Positions 20,927 through 29,741 of a stretch of DNA of 64,000 bases are shown one piece after another (positions within the stretch are counted from its first letter, which is position 1; every line of letters starts with the position of its first letter). The stretch is from an uncultured Cytophagia bacterium (GTDB lineage Bacteria > Zhuqueibacterota > Zhuqueibacteria > Residuimicrobiales > Residuimicrobiaceae): positions 31,756 to 95,755 of the forward strand of contig CAYLWO010000009.1 of NCBI GenBank assembly GCA_964387285.1, read 5' to 3'. A program made the position numbers and the translations under genes. The notes under the pieces were generated by a model that saw only the letters and a program-made list of their open reading frames with translations, was not told where the DNA came from and ran no database searches.

Positions 20927-21008
20927 AACCTTGCGAAGGTTTGCATCCTAGAACAGGATGGACATTTGCATTTCATTGCGTATCCGTATGACAACCTTCG
21001 CAAGGATA
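20927..21008. repeat. Split copy of the CCTTGCGAAGGTT/AACCTTCGCAAGG palindrome with about 50 bp in its loop
   Basis: Left arm 20927-20942 and right arm 20993-21008, between nuoL and nuoM. Confidence 0.8.
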
Positions 21009-21014
21009 AAATAT

Positions 21015-23144
21015 TCAACTGAAAATCAAATAACGCACCACAATCAATATCAATCCGCCGCATAACATGACATAGAGATAGGTCTGAATGCGGCCGGTCT
21101 GTACCTTGCGCATGGCGCTGCCGGCGGCGCCGGTCAAGCGAGCCAGCCCGTTCACAGCGCCGTCGATGACATAATTATCATGATGGCCGCCGGCAAAACC
21201 CAGTTGTCGACCAAACCAGCCGACCAGATTCACCAAACCGTCAACGACGTGCTGGTCAAACCAGTCGCACCCATTGGCAAAAATAAGGGTAAAATTGATG
21301 AATGTCTTTTGGTACAGTTCATCCACATAATATTTGTTGTAAATCACCCGATGCAATCCGGGATATTTCAGCAGAAATTGCGCCGGAACCTGTGAGCGCG
21401 CGTCTTTATACAGGCTCAGCGCCAGGCCGGCGCCGGTAAAAGCCACCAGCACAGAAGACAACATCAGAAGCCATTCTACGCTCAAAGAGAAATGCTGCCA
21501 CTGCAGGGCAGCAGCCGAACCTGCAAACACGGGTTCCAACCAGCCTTCCAACAGGTTGGGCAGATGCCATAGATGCGGCAAACCGATAACTCCCACAACC
21601 AGAGAGAGTACGCCTAAAATCTGCAGGACCACGGTGATGCTCCTGGGTGATTCATGCAGATGATGTTCGACATCCGCTGTGCCGCGAAATTTTCCGGTAA
21701 AGGTCATAAAATAGCTGCGAAACATGTAAAAAGCGGTCAGCAGGGCCGTGGTGATGCCGATAAACCACAGCACCTGCCCGGGTATCAGGATGTTGGCATT
21801 GGAAAAATTCTTCCACAGAATTTCATCTTTGGAAAAGAATCCGGACATGAACGGAAACCCGGCAATGGCAAAGCAGGCAGCCAGATAGGTCCAGCGCGTG
21901 GTGGGCATATGCCTGGCCAGTCCGCCCATGTTGCGCATATCCTGTGCATCGGTGTGATGATCGTGCGCATGATGCAAGGCCTGATGCATGGCGTGAATCA
22001 CCGAGCCGGAACCAAGGAACAGGCAGGCTTTAAAGAACGCGTGGGTGAGTAGATGAAAAATGCCGACCCAATAAGCGCCCACGCCCACACCCATAAACAT
22101 AAATCCCAATTGACTGACGGTTGAATAGGCTAAAACCTTTTTGATGTCGTATTGAAACAGACCGATGGTGGCGGCAAAGAGCGCGGTCAAAGCGCCCACG
22201 GTTGCCACCACGGTCATGGCCACCGGCGACAGCACGAACAAAAAATTCAACCGCGCCACCATGTAAACGCCGGCCGTGACCATGGTCGCGGCATGAATCA
22301 AAGCGGACACAGGCGTAGGACCGGCCATGGCGTCGGGCAACCAGACATATAACGGAATTTGCGCGCTTTTCGCTGTTGCGCCCCAAAAGAAAAACAGACA
22401 AATAAAGGTCGGCGCGGCAATGCCGAATATGGTTTTGTTCACCAGCAGCGGCGCCAATTCCTGCACCTGACGAAAAACAAAAGTCAGATGATCGCTGTTG
22501 TTCACGACATACTTGCCGTTGTCCCAGGCGCCGGCCAGGGTCCAGAATAACGCAAACAGTCCGATGATAAAGCCGCCGTCGCCCACGCGATTGACAATAA
22601 AGGCCTTCATGCCGGCGCCGGCGTTTTTCAAATCTTTGTACCAGAAGGAAATCAACAGATACGAACAAAGCCCGACGCCTTCCCAGCCGACAAACATCAG
22701 AATAAAATTATCCGCCAACACCAAAGTCAGCATGGCGAACATAAAAAGATTCATATAGCTGAAAAATTTCCAATAGCCTTCGTCTTTATGCATATAGCCG
22801 ATGCTGTATACATGAATCAACGTCCCGACAAAAGTGATCATCAACACCATGGCAGCGGCAAGCTGATCGTACCAAAACGCCATCGGAATGCTGAAACCGT
22901 TGATGCGGATCCAGTCGAACAGGTAACAAAGCATGTGCCGCTGTTCGGCCGGATGCTGCATCATTTGCAGAAAATAATAAAGCGCGATGACAAACGACAG
23001 ACCGGGCATGAGAATCGCCAGGATGTGGATGGGTTTTTCGCCGTAGCGTCGATGAATTTTTAAACCAAATGCGCCGTTGATAAAAGCGCCTAACAGGGGC
23101 AAGACCGGCGCCAACCAGAGCCAGCGGGCTGTTAAAATCTCCAT
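21015..23144 (-). CDS. nuoL: NADH-quinone oxidoreductase subunit L
   Basis: GWEGVGLCSYLLI, KSAQIPLYVWLPDAMAGPTPVSALIHAATMV, KKVLAYSTVSQLG. Confidence 0.96.
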   Translation of the reverse strand: MEILTARWLWLAPVLPLLGAFINGAFGLKIHRRYGEKPIHILAILMPGLSFVIALYYFLQMMQHPAEQRHMLCYLFDWIRINGFSIPMAFWYDQLAAAMVLMITFVGTLIHVYSIGYMHKDEGYWKFFSYMNLFMFAMLTLVLADNFILMFVGWEGVGLCSYLLISFWYKDLKNAGAGMKAFIVNRVGDGGFIIGLFALFWTLAGAWDNGKYVVNNSDHLTFVFRQVQELAPLLVNKTIFGIAAPTFICLFFFWGATAKSAQIPLYVWLPDAMAGPTPVSALIHAATMVTAGVYMVARLNFLFVLSPVAMTVVATVGALTALFAATIGLFQYDIKKVLAYSTVSQLGFMFMGVGVGAYWVGIFHLLTHAFFKACLFLGSGSVIHAMHQALHHAHDHHTDAQDMRNMGGLARHMPTTRWTYLAACFAIAGFPFMSGFFSKDEILWKNFSNANILIPGQVLWFIGITTALLTAFYMFRSYFMTFTGKFRGTADVEHHLHESPRSITVVLQILGVLSLVVGVIGLPHLWHLPNLLEGWLEPVFAGSAAALQWQHFSLSVEWLLMLSSVLVAFTGAGLALSLYKDARSQVPAQFLLKYPGLHRVIYNKYYVDELYQKTFINFTLIFANGCDWFDQHVVDGLVNLVGWFGRQLGFAGGHHDNYVIDGAVNGLARLTGAAGSAMRKVQTGRIQTYLYVMLCGGLILIVVRYLIFS

Positions 23145-23148
23145 CCAA

Positions 23149-23463
23149 CTACTCCTTTAAATTCACCGTCAGGTTGACGTCGATGTTCTTCAACGAACGA
23201 TAAATGGCCAGCACGATGGCCATGGCGATAGCTGCTTCTGCTGCAGCCAGCGCCATAACGAACAGGGCAAAAATTTGTCCAGTGACGCCGTTCTGCACAA
23301 ACCTGCCGAACGCGACAAAATTGATATTGGCGCTGTTTAAAATCAACTCGATGCCCATCAGCAGACCGATGGCGTTGCGCCGTGAAAGCACACAAACGAG
23401 CCCCAGGCAAAACAACAAGGCGCCGACAATCAGGAAATGCGGCAAACCAATGGTGAGCGTCAT
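23149..23463 (-). CDS. nuoK: NADH-quinone oxidoreductase subunit K
   Basis: RRNAIGLLMGIELILN...AAAEAAIAMAI. Confidence 0.95.
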   Translation of the reverse strand: MTLTIGLPHFLIVGALLFCLGLVCVLSRRNAIGLLMGIELILNSANINFVAFGRFVQNGVTGQIFALFVMALAAAEAAIAMAIVLAIYRSLKNIDVNLTVNLKE

Positions 23464-23990
23464 GACCGCACCTCCTGCTCATCGCCGGTTTTCATTTCCT
23501 TGCGCACCAGCATCACGGCGCCGATAAGCGCGGCCAATAACAACAGCGAGAGAAATTCAAACGGCAGGATGTAATCGCCGAGCAGCGCATCGCCCAGCGG
23601 CGGAACCGAGGTCATTGCCTCCGGAGCGGCTTGTACCTTCCAGGGAAAATTTAAAGCGACAAAAATCAGCAGTGCAGCCGCGATCACGCCGATGATGGTC
23701 GCCGGTATGACGCCCTGGCTGGGATTGGATCGGTTCGCTTTTTCAATCCCGCGGGTCAGCATGATGGCAAACAATATGACGACGAGCACGCCGCCAACAT
23801 ATACCAGGATCTGCGCTGCAGCCAGAAACGAAGAGGACAGCAGGCCGTACAAGCCGGCGACACCGGCAAAAGTTCCCAGCAATGCAAATCCGGAATGAAC
23901 GATATTGCGCGAATAAACCACCACCAGACCACACGCCAGCGTCAGCAGCGCAAAACAGTAAAACAGAATATCGGGTATGGTCAGAGTCAT
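23460..23990 (-). CDS. nuoJ: NADH-quinone oxidoreductase subunit J
   Basis: AQILVYVGGVLVVILFAIML, YILPFEFLSLLLLAALIGA; start at 23990 (GAGGTG RBS) forms an ATGA overlap with the nuoI stop. Confidence 0.93.
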   Translation of the reverse strand: MTLTIPDILFYCFALLTLACGLVVVYSRNIVHSGFALLGTFAGVAGLYGLLSSSFLAAAQILVYVGGVLVVILFAIMLTRGIEKANRSNPSQGVIPATIIGVIAAALLIFVALNFPWKVQAAPEAMTSVPPLGDALLGDYILPFEFLSLLLLAALIGAVMLVRKEMKTGDEQEVRS

Positions 23991-24577
23991 GCTTTCACCT
24001 CTTGTTTCTTTTTCCAGCGCACATCGCCGCGCGCCGCATCCGGTGATAACCGGGCCGGAGCATCCCATACTTTCTTGACGCGGCGATAGGGCTCATTCTG
24101 CGCCAGGCCTTGCGGCTCCTGGTCCTTGCTGACCTTGTAGGTCGGAATTTTCTCACCCGGGTTCACATAGCATTGCAGCAGATTGTTGACATGCCAGGTG
24201 CTGGCTTCAAATTCGGTGCTGTGCCGAATGGCGCCGGTCGGGCACACCTCAGTGCACAGTCCGCAAACCATGCACATGGCAAAATCAATTTCAAAACGGG
24301 TGAGATAATTTTTTTTGGTCTCAGGGTCCCGTTCCGATTCGATATGAATGACGCCCAGCGGGCAGCGTTTCATGCACGCCATGCAAGCGGTGCAGATGGA
24401 GACATCGGTTTCCAAAAGTCCGCGAAATCCCGGCGGCAGCATTTCCGGCACCGGCCTGGGAATGCGATCCGGGTATTGTATGGTGAGTGGTTTACGAAAG
24501 CAATAGGACAAGGTAACAGCCAGGCCTTCAAAGATAGAGACCGCGGATTTAATGATGTTGCTCAGATACTCACGCAA
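23987..24577 (-). CDS. nuoI: NADH-quinone oxidoreductase subunit I (two 4Fe-4S clusters)
   Basis: CTACMACMKRCP and CMVCGLCTEVCP; TIQYP motif; probable TTG start at 24577 after GGAG. Confidence 0.93.
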   Translation of the reverse strand: MREYLSNIIKSAVSIFEGLAVTLSYCFRKPLTIQYPDRIPRPVPEMLPPGFRGLLETDVSICTACMACMKRCPLGVIHIESERDPETKKNYLTRFEIDFAMCMVCGLCTEVCPTGAIRHSTEFEASTWHVNNLLQCYVNPGEKIPTYKVSKDQEPQGLAQNEPYRRVKKVWDAPARLSPDAARGDVRWKKKQEVKA

Positions 24578-24654
24578 AGGCAACTCCGATGGTTGAAATT
24601 TACCGTTATTAAATTTGCAAAAAGTTGCGGTTGTCCAAAAAGTTAACATTCTGC

Positions 24655-24706
24655 ATGTAGTACCGGCTTCAGCCGGAGGAATTTCCGGCTAAAGCCGGCA
24701 CTACAT
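24655..24706. repeat. GTAG-type REP doublet between nuoH and nuoI
   Basis: ATGTAGTACCGGCTTCAGCCGG-AGGAATTT-CCGGCTAAAGCCGGCACTACAT: two inverted units, each GTAG plus a CCGGCT-N2-AGCCGG hairpin. Confidence 0.8.
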
Positions 24707-24737
24707 ACTCTAAAAAAACATAGTGAGGTCTGATCTC

Positions 24738-25976
24738 TCACGTCCAAATTTTTATATAAATCTTGTCTTTCATGGCCGACAAATTATAAAACGCCCGCCA
24801 GATCAGGCCGATGCCGATGGCAAATCCCATTGCGGTCAATAACAACCGCATGATAAGCCAAATCCATTGCCACACACCCGTATCGGGCAGAATGACAAAA
24901 AGTCCGGAACCCAGGAGCGTGATAAAACCGATAGGCACAAAATACTTCCAGCACATCACCATCAACTGATCGACGCGCAAACGCGGCAGGGTCCAGCGCA
25001 CCCAAATGACGATAAAGACAAAGACACTGGTCTTGATAAAAAACACGGCGATGCTGACCGACACCCAGAAAATTTTCATCGCCGTCGATGAAGCGGCTAT
25101 GAGGCCACCCAAATCAGGGATTCCGGGGATTTGCCAGCCGCCTAAAAACAGCGTGCAGAGCAGCGCCGACATGGTCCAGACATTGGCCCATTCGGTAAAA
25201 AGAAAAAAGAGAAAACGCATGCCCGAGTATTCGGTCACATAGCCGGCCACCAGTTCGCTTTCCGCTTCCGGCAGATCGAACGGCGTACGATTGCCTTCTG
25301 CCAGAATCGAAGCAAAAAAAATGAAAAAGGCGATAAAGGTGAACGGATTGTGAAAGAAAAACCATTGCCAGGGCCAGCCGCCCTGTCGGATGACAATTTC
25401 CTGCATGTTCAGTGTGCCTGCCACAGCGACAACCGTGAGCACGGCCAGGCCTGCCGGAATTTCATAAGAGATCATCTGTGCGGCGGCACGCACACCGCCG
25501 ATCAGCGACCATTTGTTGTTGCTGGACCAGCCGGCCATGAGAATGCCCAACACGACCAAAGTGGTAATGGCGGTAATATAAAAAATGCCGATATCGATAT
25601 TGCTGGCCATGAGGCCGTAGCCCCATGGCAGCGCGGCAAAAGCGGCAAATCCGCCGGCGAATACCAGATAGGGTGCAAGCTTGAACAACGACCTGTCCGC
25701 CGCATCAGGAATCACATCTTCTTTGAGAAAGGCTTTGAGACCGTCTGCTAACCATTGCAGAAATCCGATCCAGCCGACGCGATTGGGCCCAATACGCGAT
25801 TGCATACGACCGGCAATACGGCGCTCAAGCCAGGAGGTGATGCCGGCAAAGGTGGCCATAAAGGCCAGCACGGCCAGCGTGACCACGGCCAACCACAGGG
25901 TCAAAGCCAGCGTCATCTGCCAGGGTTGCAGTTGAAAATTCGCAATCAGGACATCAAACCAGTTTTTCATTTTCAC
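24738..25976 (-). CDS. nuoH: NADH-quinone oxidoreductase subunit H
   Basis: [47 protein letters not shown]. Confidence 0.96.
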   Translation of the reverse strand: MKMKNWFDVLIANFQLQPWQMTLALTLWLAVVTLAVLAFMATFAGITSWLERRIAGRMQSRIGPNRVGWIGFLQWLADGLKAFLKEDVIPDAADRSLFKLAPYLVFAGGFAAFAALPWGYGLMASNIDIGIFYITAITTLVVLGILMAGWSSNNKWSLIGGVRAAAQMISYEIPAGLAVLTVVAVAGTLNMQEIVIRQGGWPWQWFFFHNPFTFIAFFIFFASILAEGNRTPFDLPEAESELVAGYVTEYSGMRFLFFLFTEWANVWTMSALLCTLFLGGWQIPGIPDLGGLIAASSTAMKIFWVSVSIAVFFIKTSVFVFIVIWVRWTLPRLRVDQLMVMCWKYFVPIGFITLLGSGLFVILPDTGVWQWIWLIMRLLLTAMGFAIGIGLIWRAFYNLSAMKDKIYIKIWT

Positions 25977-27139
25977 CGATCCACTTCTGGCGCCACCACA
26001 TCGAGGCTGCCGAAAAACGCCGTCATATCCGCTACCATAAAACCGGGCGCCACCTTGGGAATGATGGACATGGCGGTGAACGAACTGGTTCTGATTTTGC
26101 AGCGGTACGGTTTGTCGGTGCCGTCGCTGATCAGATAAAATCCCATTTCACCGCGCGTGCTTTCTACATGGCTATAGACTTCGCCGGCCGGAGGCACGGG
26201 ATTGCGCGCCGCTTTGGCGAGATAATCGCCTTCCGGCAATCCCTCCACTGCCTGGCGCACGATTTTCGCCGATTCCGCCATCTCGCCGATGCGCACCATG
26301 TAACGACTGAACGAGTCGCCGACCTGACCGCGATAGCCGTTTCCGGTGATCACTTTGAATTCAAATTCAGGGTAAACGCTGTAGGGATAATCACGGCGCA
26401 GATCAAAATCCACCCCCGAAGCGCGCAGATTCGGTCCGCCCAAACCATAATGAATGGCCAGCTCGGCCGGGATCGTCACCACATTGATCAACCGTTTTTG
26501 AAAAATCTCGTTGCCGGAAATCAGCCGGTCGAATTCGGGCAAAAAGGTTGCAAAGCGATCGATAAAGGCGAGAATCTCCTTGTCCAAACCCGGAACCCAG
26601 TCCCGGGAAACGCCGCCGAAACGCATATAGTTATAGTTCAAACGGGCGCCGCAAATTTTTTCCATCAGATCGTTGACGATTTCGCGTTCGCGAATGCCGT
26701 GCAGAAAGGGCGTAAAAGCGCCCAGGTCCATGGCTATGGTGCCGCAGGCAATCAGATGGTTGATGAGGCGATTCAGTTCGCATGCGACCACGCGCATGTA
26801 TTGCGCCCGGCGCGGAACCTCGACGCCGAGGAGTTTTTCCACAGCCATACAATAGCCATGATTGCCGAACATGGCCGACAAATAATCGACCCGATCGGTA
26901 TAGGGTATGAAACCGACATACTGGGTCTTTTCCGCTATTTTCTCGATAGCGCGGTGCAAAAATCCCACCTTGGGATCAGCAGCTTCTATCACCTCGCCGG
27001 CCAGCGTAAGCGTCAAATTGATGACGCCGTGGGTGGAAGGATGCTGTGGTCCCATATTGACCACGGTTTTTTCGTTTTGCAGCAATTCACCGGCAACTTG
27101 CATTGGCATAATTTCCCAAAATTTGCATGAAAATTCCAT
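25973..27139 (-). CDS. nuoD: NADH-quinone oxidoreductase subunit D (start may be 27109)
   Basis: [36 protein letters not shown]-terminal EVDR. Confidence 0.96.
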   Translation of the reverse strand: MEFSCKFWEIMPMQVAGELLQNEKTVVNMGPQHPSTHGVINLTLTLAGEVIEAADPKVGFLHRAIEKIAEKTQYVGFIPYTDRVDYLSAMFGNHGYCMAVEKLLGVEVPRRAQYMRVVACELNRLINHLIACGTIAMDLGAFTPFLHGIREREIVNDLMEKICGARLNYNYMRFGGVSRDWVPGLDKEILAFIDRFATFLPEFDRLISGNEIFQKRLINVVTIPAELAIHYGLGGPNLRASGVDFDLRRDYPYSVYPEFEFKVITGNGYRGQVGDSFSRYMVRIGEMAESAKIVRQAVEGLPEGDYLAKAARNPVPPAGEVYSHVESTRGEMGFYLISDGTDKPYRCKIRTSSFTAMSIIPKVAPGFMVADMTAFFGSLDVVAPEVDR

Positions 27140-27174
27140 AACCTGTTCGAGCGTGACCGCAGGATAAAAGCATG

Positions 27175-27723
27175 TTACTCCGGCTTGGCCTCCGCATCGA
27201 TTCCTGCAGCAGGTTTGCCCGGGTAAAGACGGTTCAGTATCTCATGACTGTTAGGCCGCGTTGTCGAGAGACCATGGTACTCGGCTGGCTCGACATAATC
27301 TTTGCGCAACGGATGACCGAGCCAATCATCGGGCATCATGATGCGGCGCAGATCCGGATGACCCACGAAGCGAATGCCATACAAGTCCCAGGTTTCACGT
27401 TCAAACCAATTGGCATTGCCATAGAGATCAGACACGGTGGCCATCTCGGGTTTTTCCGGCGGCAGCAGCGCTTTGACAATGATCTCGCATTTGTTCTCCA
27501 AAGAACGGATCACATACACCACAGCCAACCTGTCGCCATAATCGATGCCGCCGAGACAGGAAAGAAAAGTAAAAGCAAGTGATGTTTTCAAAAATAAAAG
27601 TGCGGACGAAATTTGTTCAGGCGGCGTTAAAATCCAGCAATCACCGGCTGCGCCTTGCTGCAGTTCAAAGGGCGTGCCGGGAAATTGCGCTTGCAGGCGG
27701 TCAAGAATATCTTTTGGCGTCAT
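27175..27723 (-). CDS. nuoC: NADH-quinone oxidoreductase subunit C
   Basis: [40 protein letters not shown]. Confidence 0.95.
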   Translation of the reverse strand: MTPKDILDRLQAQFPGTPFELQQGAAGDCWILTPPEQISSALLFLKTSLAFTFLSCLGGIDYGDRLAVVYVIRSLENKCEIIVKALLPPEKPEMATVSDLYGNANWFERETWDLYGIRFVGHPDLRRIMMPDDWLGHPLRKDYVEPAEYHGLSTTRPNSHEILNRLYPGKPAAGIDAEAKPE

Positions 27724-28226
27724 CTGGCCAGTTTCTCCGATTCAATCGTCCGACGATGAGCCCAATGGTCTCTTTGCATCCGTTTCTGCACCGTCATCAG
27801 GGCTTCATTCAAAGCTTCGGGCCGCGGCGGACAGCCCGGCAGATAAACATCTACGGGAATCACTTTATCAATGCCCTTGAGCACCGAATAGCCGCGAGAG
27901 AAAAGCCCTCCGCAATTGGCGCAAGAGCCCATGGCCAGAACATATTTAGGTTCCGGCATCTGATCATAAAGCCGACGCACCGCGTCAGCCATTTTGTAGG
28001 TAATAGAGCCGGCAATCAACAACAGATCCGCCTGACGCGGCGTGGCGCGGAACACCATGCCAAAACGATCCAGGTCCGTGCGCGGACCGCCGGTCTGCAT
28101 CAATTCGATGCCGCAACAGGCGGTGGCGAACAAAAGATACCAGAGAGAGTTCTTGCGCGGCAAATTGAGCAGACTATCCAGTTTGGTGGGTATGGCAAAA
28201 CCGCTTTCCCAGACTAATTGATCCAT
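27720..28226 (-). CDS. nuoB: NADH-quinone oxidoreductase subunit B
   Basis: TACCGIELM, PRQADL, MGSCANCGG, VDVYLPGCPPRPE. Confidence 0.96.
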   Translation of the reverse strand: MDQLVWESGFAIPTKLDSLLNLPRKNSLWYLLFATACCGIELMQTGGPRTDLDRFGMVFRATPRQADLLLIAGSITYKMADAVRRLYDQMPEPKYVLAMGSCANCGGLFSRGYSVLKGIDKVIPVDVYLPGCPPRPEALNEALMTVQKRMQRDHWAHRRTIESEKLAR

Positions 28227-28236
28227 ATCTATTTCC

Positions 28237-28623
28237 TCATGACGACAATTTCTTGATCCACTCGAGATCGCCCTTTTTCCATAAAAAAACGAGGCCGGTC
28301 AGCAGAATAAGGACGAACAGAAGAATTTCCACATAGGCGATCCATCCCTTGCCTTGCAGCGCCCATTGACGCAGCACAACGATCACCGGATAGGTGACCA
28401 CCACCTCGACGTCAAAGATCAGAAACACCAGGGCCAGCATATAAAAACGGGGATTAAAATTATACCACGCCGATCCCTGGGGCTCTTCGCCGCATTCATA
28501 GGTTGCATTTCGATATTTGCCCATGCGTTTGGGACGAATCAGAGCGCCCAGGCCCAGGGCCATGAGAACAAAGCCCGCACCCACTGCGAGAAACATGACG
28601 ATCATGCTGAAATCGTAAAGCAT
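28237..28623 (-). CDS. nuoA: NADH-quinone oxidoreductase subunit A
   Basis: TYECGEEP, FYMLALVFLIFDVE, WKKGDLEW; ATG at 28623 after AAGGAG. Confidence 0.95.
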   Translation of the reverse strand: MLYDFSMIVMFLAVGAGFVLMALGLGALIRPKRMGKYRNATYECGEEPQGSAWYNFNPRFYMLALVFLIFDVEVVVTYPVIVVLRQWALQGKGWIAYVEILLFVLILLTGLVFLWKKGDLEWIKKLSS

Positions 28624-28777
28624 GATGAACTCCTTATGAAATTCATTCATAAAAGTTACAATTCTCTCTATAAACAATCAAGTGCTAATCCAATTTAAGA
28701 AAATTTCACAAACATCTTGCGCTTGAGCGATAATTTAATCCCTTGCATGAAAAAGAGATGATTAATATATTAACTTG

Positions 28778-28842
28778 AATTGAGCGATATGTACTCGGAA
28801 AACAACCTTGCGAAGGTTTAAAACCTTCGCAAGCATCATGCA
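28778..28842 (+). repeat. 68-bp dispersed palindromic element, copy A
   Basis: AATTGAGCGATATGTACTCGGAAAACAACCTTGCGAAGGTTTAAAACCTTCGCAAGCATCATGCA; aligns with copies at 31131, 56261 and 62088. Confidence 0.9.
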
Positions 28843-28900
28843 ACCGCTCCGTGCAGAATTAATATTGATGCGTCGGATTATCTTGATTGAGGCACACCAA

Positions 28901-29488
28901 ATGAAAGTTGAACTGTACAAAAGGGAACAATTATACAAGGGATTTTTTACGCTGCATCGCGCGGAACTTGCTTTCGAGCAATTCAACGGCGCCATGAGCC
29001 CAACAGTGACGCGTCTGGCCATTGAGCGCGGCGATGCGGTGGCGGTATTGGTTCATGATTCACAAAGAAAAAAAATTATTCTGGTCAAACAATTTCGCTA
29101 TCCCATATACTTGACAGATCCGCAACAGGGCTGGCTTCTAGAAGTCGTGGCCGGCACTATTGAAGAGAACCATGCACCGGAGGAGACGGCCGTTCGCGAG
29201 GTTGCGGAAGAGATCGGGTATGTTGCGCAAAAAGAACAGCTGCGCTATTTGACGACCTGCTGTCCCAGCCCGGGCGGACTTACGGAACGCATCCATCTTT
29301 ATGGCCTGGATGTGCATGCAGGACAAAAAAAGCATGCCGGCGGCGGCTTAAAGGAAGAGACAGAAGATATTCAGGTTGTGGAACTGGATTATATGCAGGC
29401 TTTCACCATGGTTGAAACCGGCGCCATTCGCGATGCTAAAACTTTAATCTGCTTGCTTTGGCTGCAAAAGGAGTTACAGCGAGGCTAA
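28901..29488 (+). CDS. Nudix hydrolase, ADP-sugar pyrophosphatase (NudF/NudK-like)
   Basis: Nudix box GTIEENHAPEETAVREVAEEIG; KQFRYP; SPGGLTERIHLY; IRDAKT. Confidence 0.9.
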   Translation: MKVELYKREQLYKGFFTLHRAELAFEQFNGAMSPTVTRLAIERGDAVAVLVHDSQRKKIILVKQFRYPIYLTDPQQGWLLEVVAGTIEENHAPEETAVREVAEEIGYVAQKEQLRYLTTCCPSPGGLTERIHLYGLDVHAGQKKHAGGGLKEETEDIQVVELDYMQAFTMVETGAIRDAKTLICLLWLQKELQRG

Positions 29489-29496
29489 TAAAATAC

Positions 29497-29525
29497 TTGA
29501 CTTTTTTCTCAATAATATATATATT
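29497..29525 (+). promoter_or_regulatory. Sigma70-type promoter of tRNA-Asn
   Basis: TTGACT-N17-TATATT ending 13 bp before the tRNA. Confidence 0.7.
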
Positions 29526-29537
29526 TTAATTCGTCAT

Positions 29538-29610
29538 TCAGGTGTAGCTCAACCGGCAGAGCGGGTGGCTGTTAACCACTAGGTTGTAGGTTCGAGTCCT
29601 ACCACCTGAG
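29538..29610 (+). tRNA. tRNA-Asn (GTT), CCA not encoded
   Basis: Acceptor stem TCAGGTG/CACCTGA, D-arm TAGCTCAACCGGCAGAGC, anticodon arm GTGG-CTGTTAA-CCAC, T-loop GGTTCGAGTCC; 73 nt. Confidence 0.97.
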
Positions 29611-29611
29611 C

Positions 29612-29640
29612 AAAAAGGCTTCCATTTGGAAGCCTTTTTT
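29612..29640 (+). terminator. Intrinsic terminator after tRNA-Asn (possibly bidirectional)
   Basis: AAAAAGGCTTCCA-TT-TGGAAGCCTTTTTT. Confidence 0.85.
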
Positions 29641-29663
29641 GTTTTGGCTTATTCCCACGACAA

Positions 29664-29727
29664 ACCCCGGATGTGGCCGCGTCTTTTGCGGCCGGTGCGG
29701 GTGTCCTTCAACGCATTATCAAAAAGT
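29664..29727 (+). repeat. 64-bp hairpin element, inverted homologue of 17732-17795
   Basis: Ungapped manual alignment to the reverse complement of 17732-17795 with 11 mismatches in 64 nt. Confidence 0.8.
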
Positions 29728-29741
29728 ATCGATTTCAGAAA

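Noticed and set aside
28808-28900. N-terminal extension of the Nudix ORF in the ORF track
   Set aside because: The TTG lies inside repeat copy A; ATG 28901 gives a normal Nudix N-terminus
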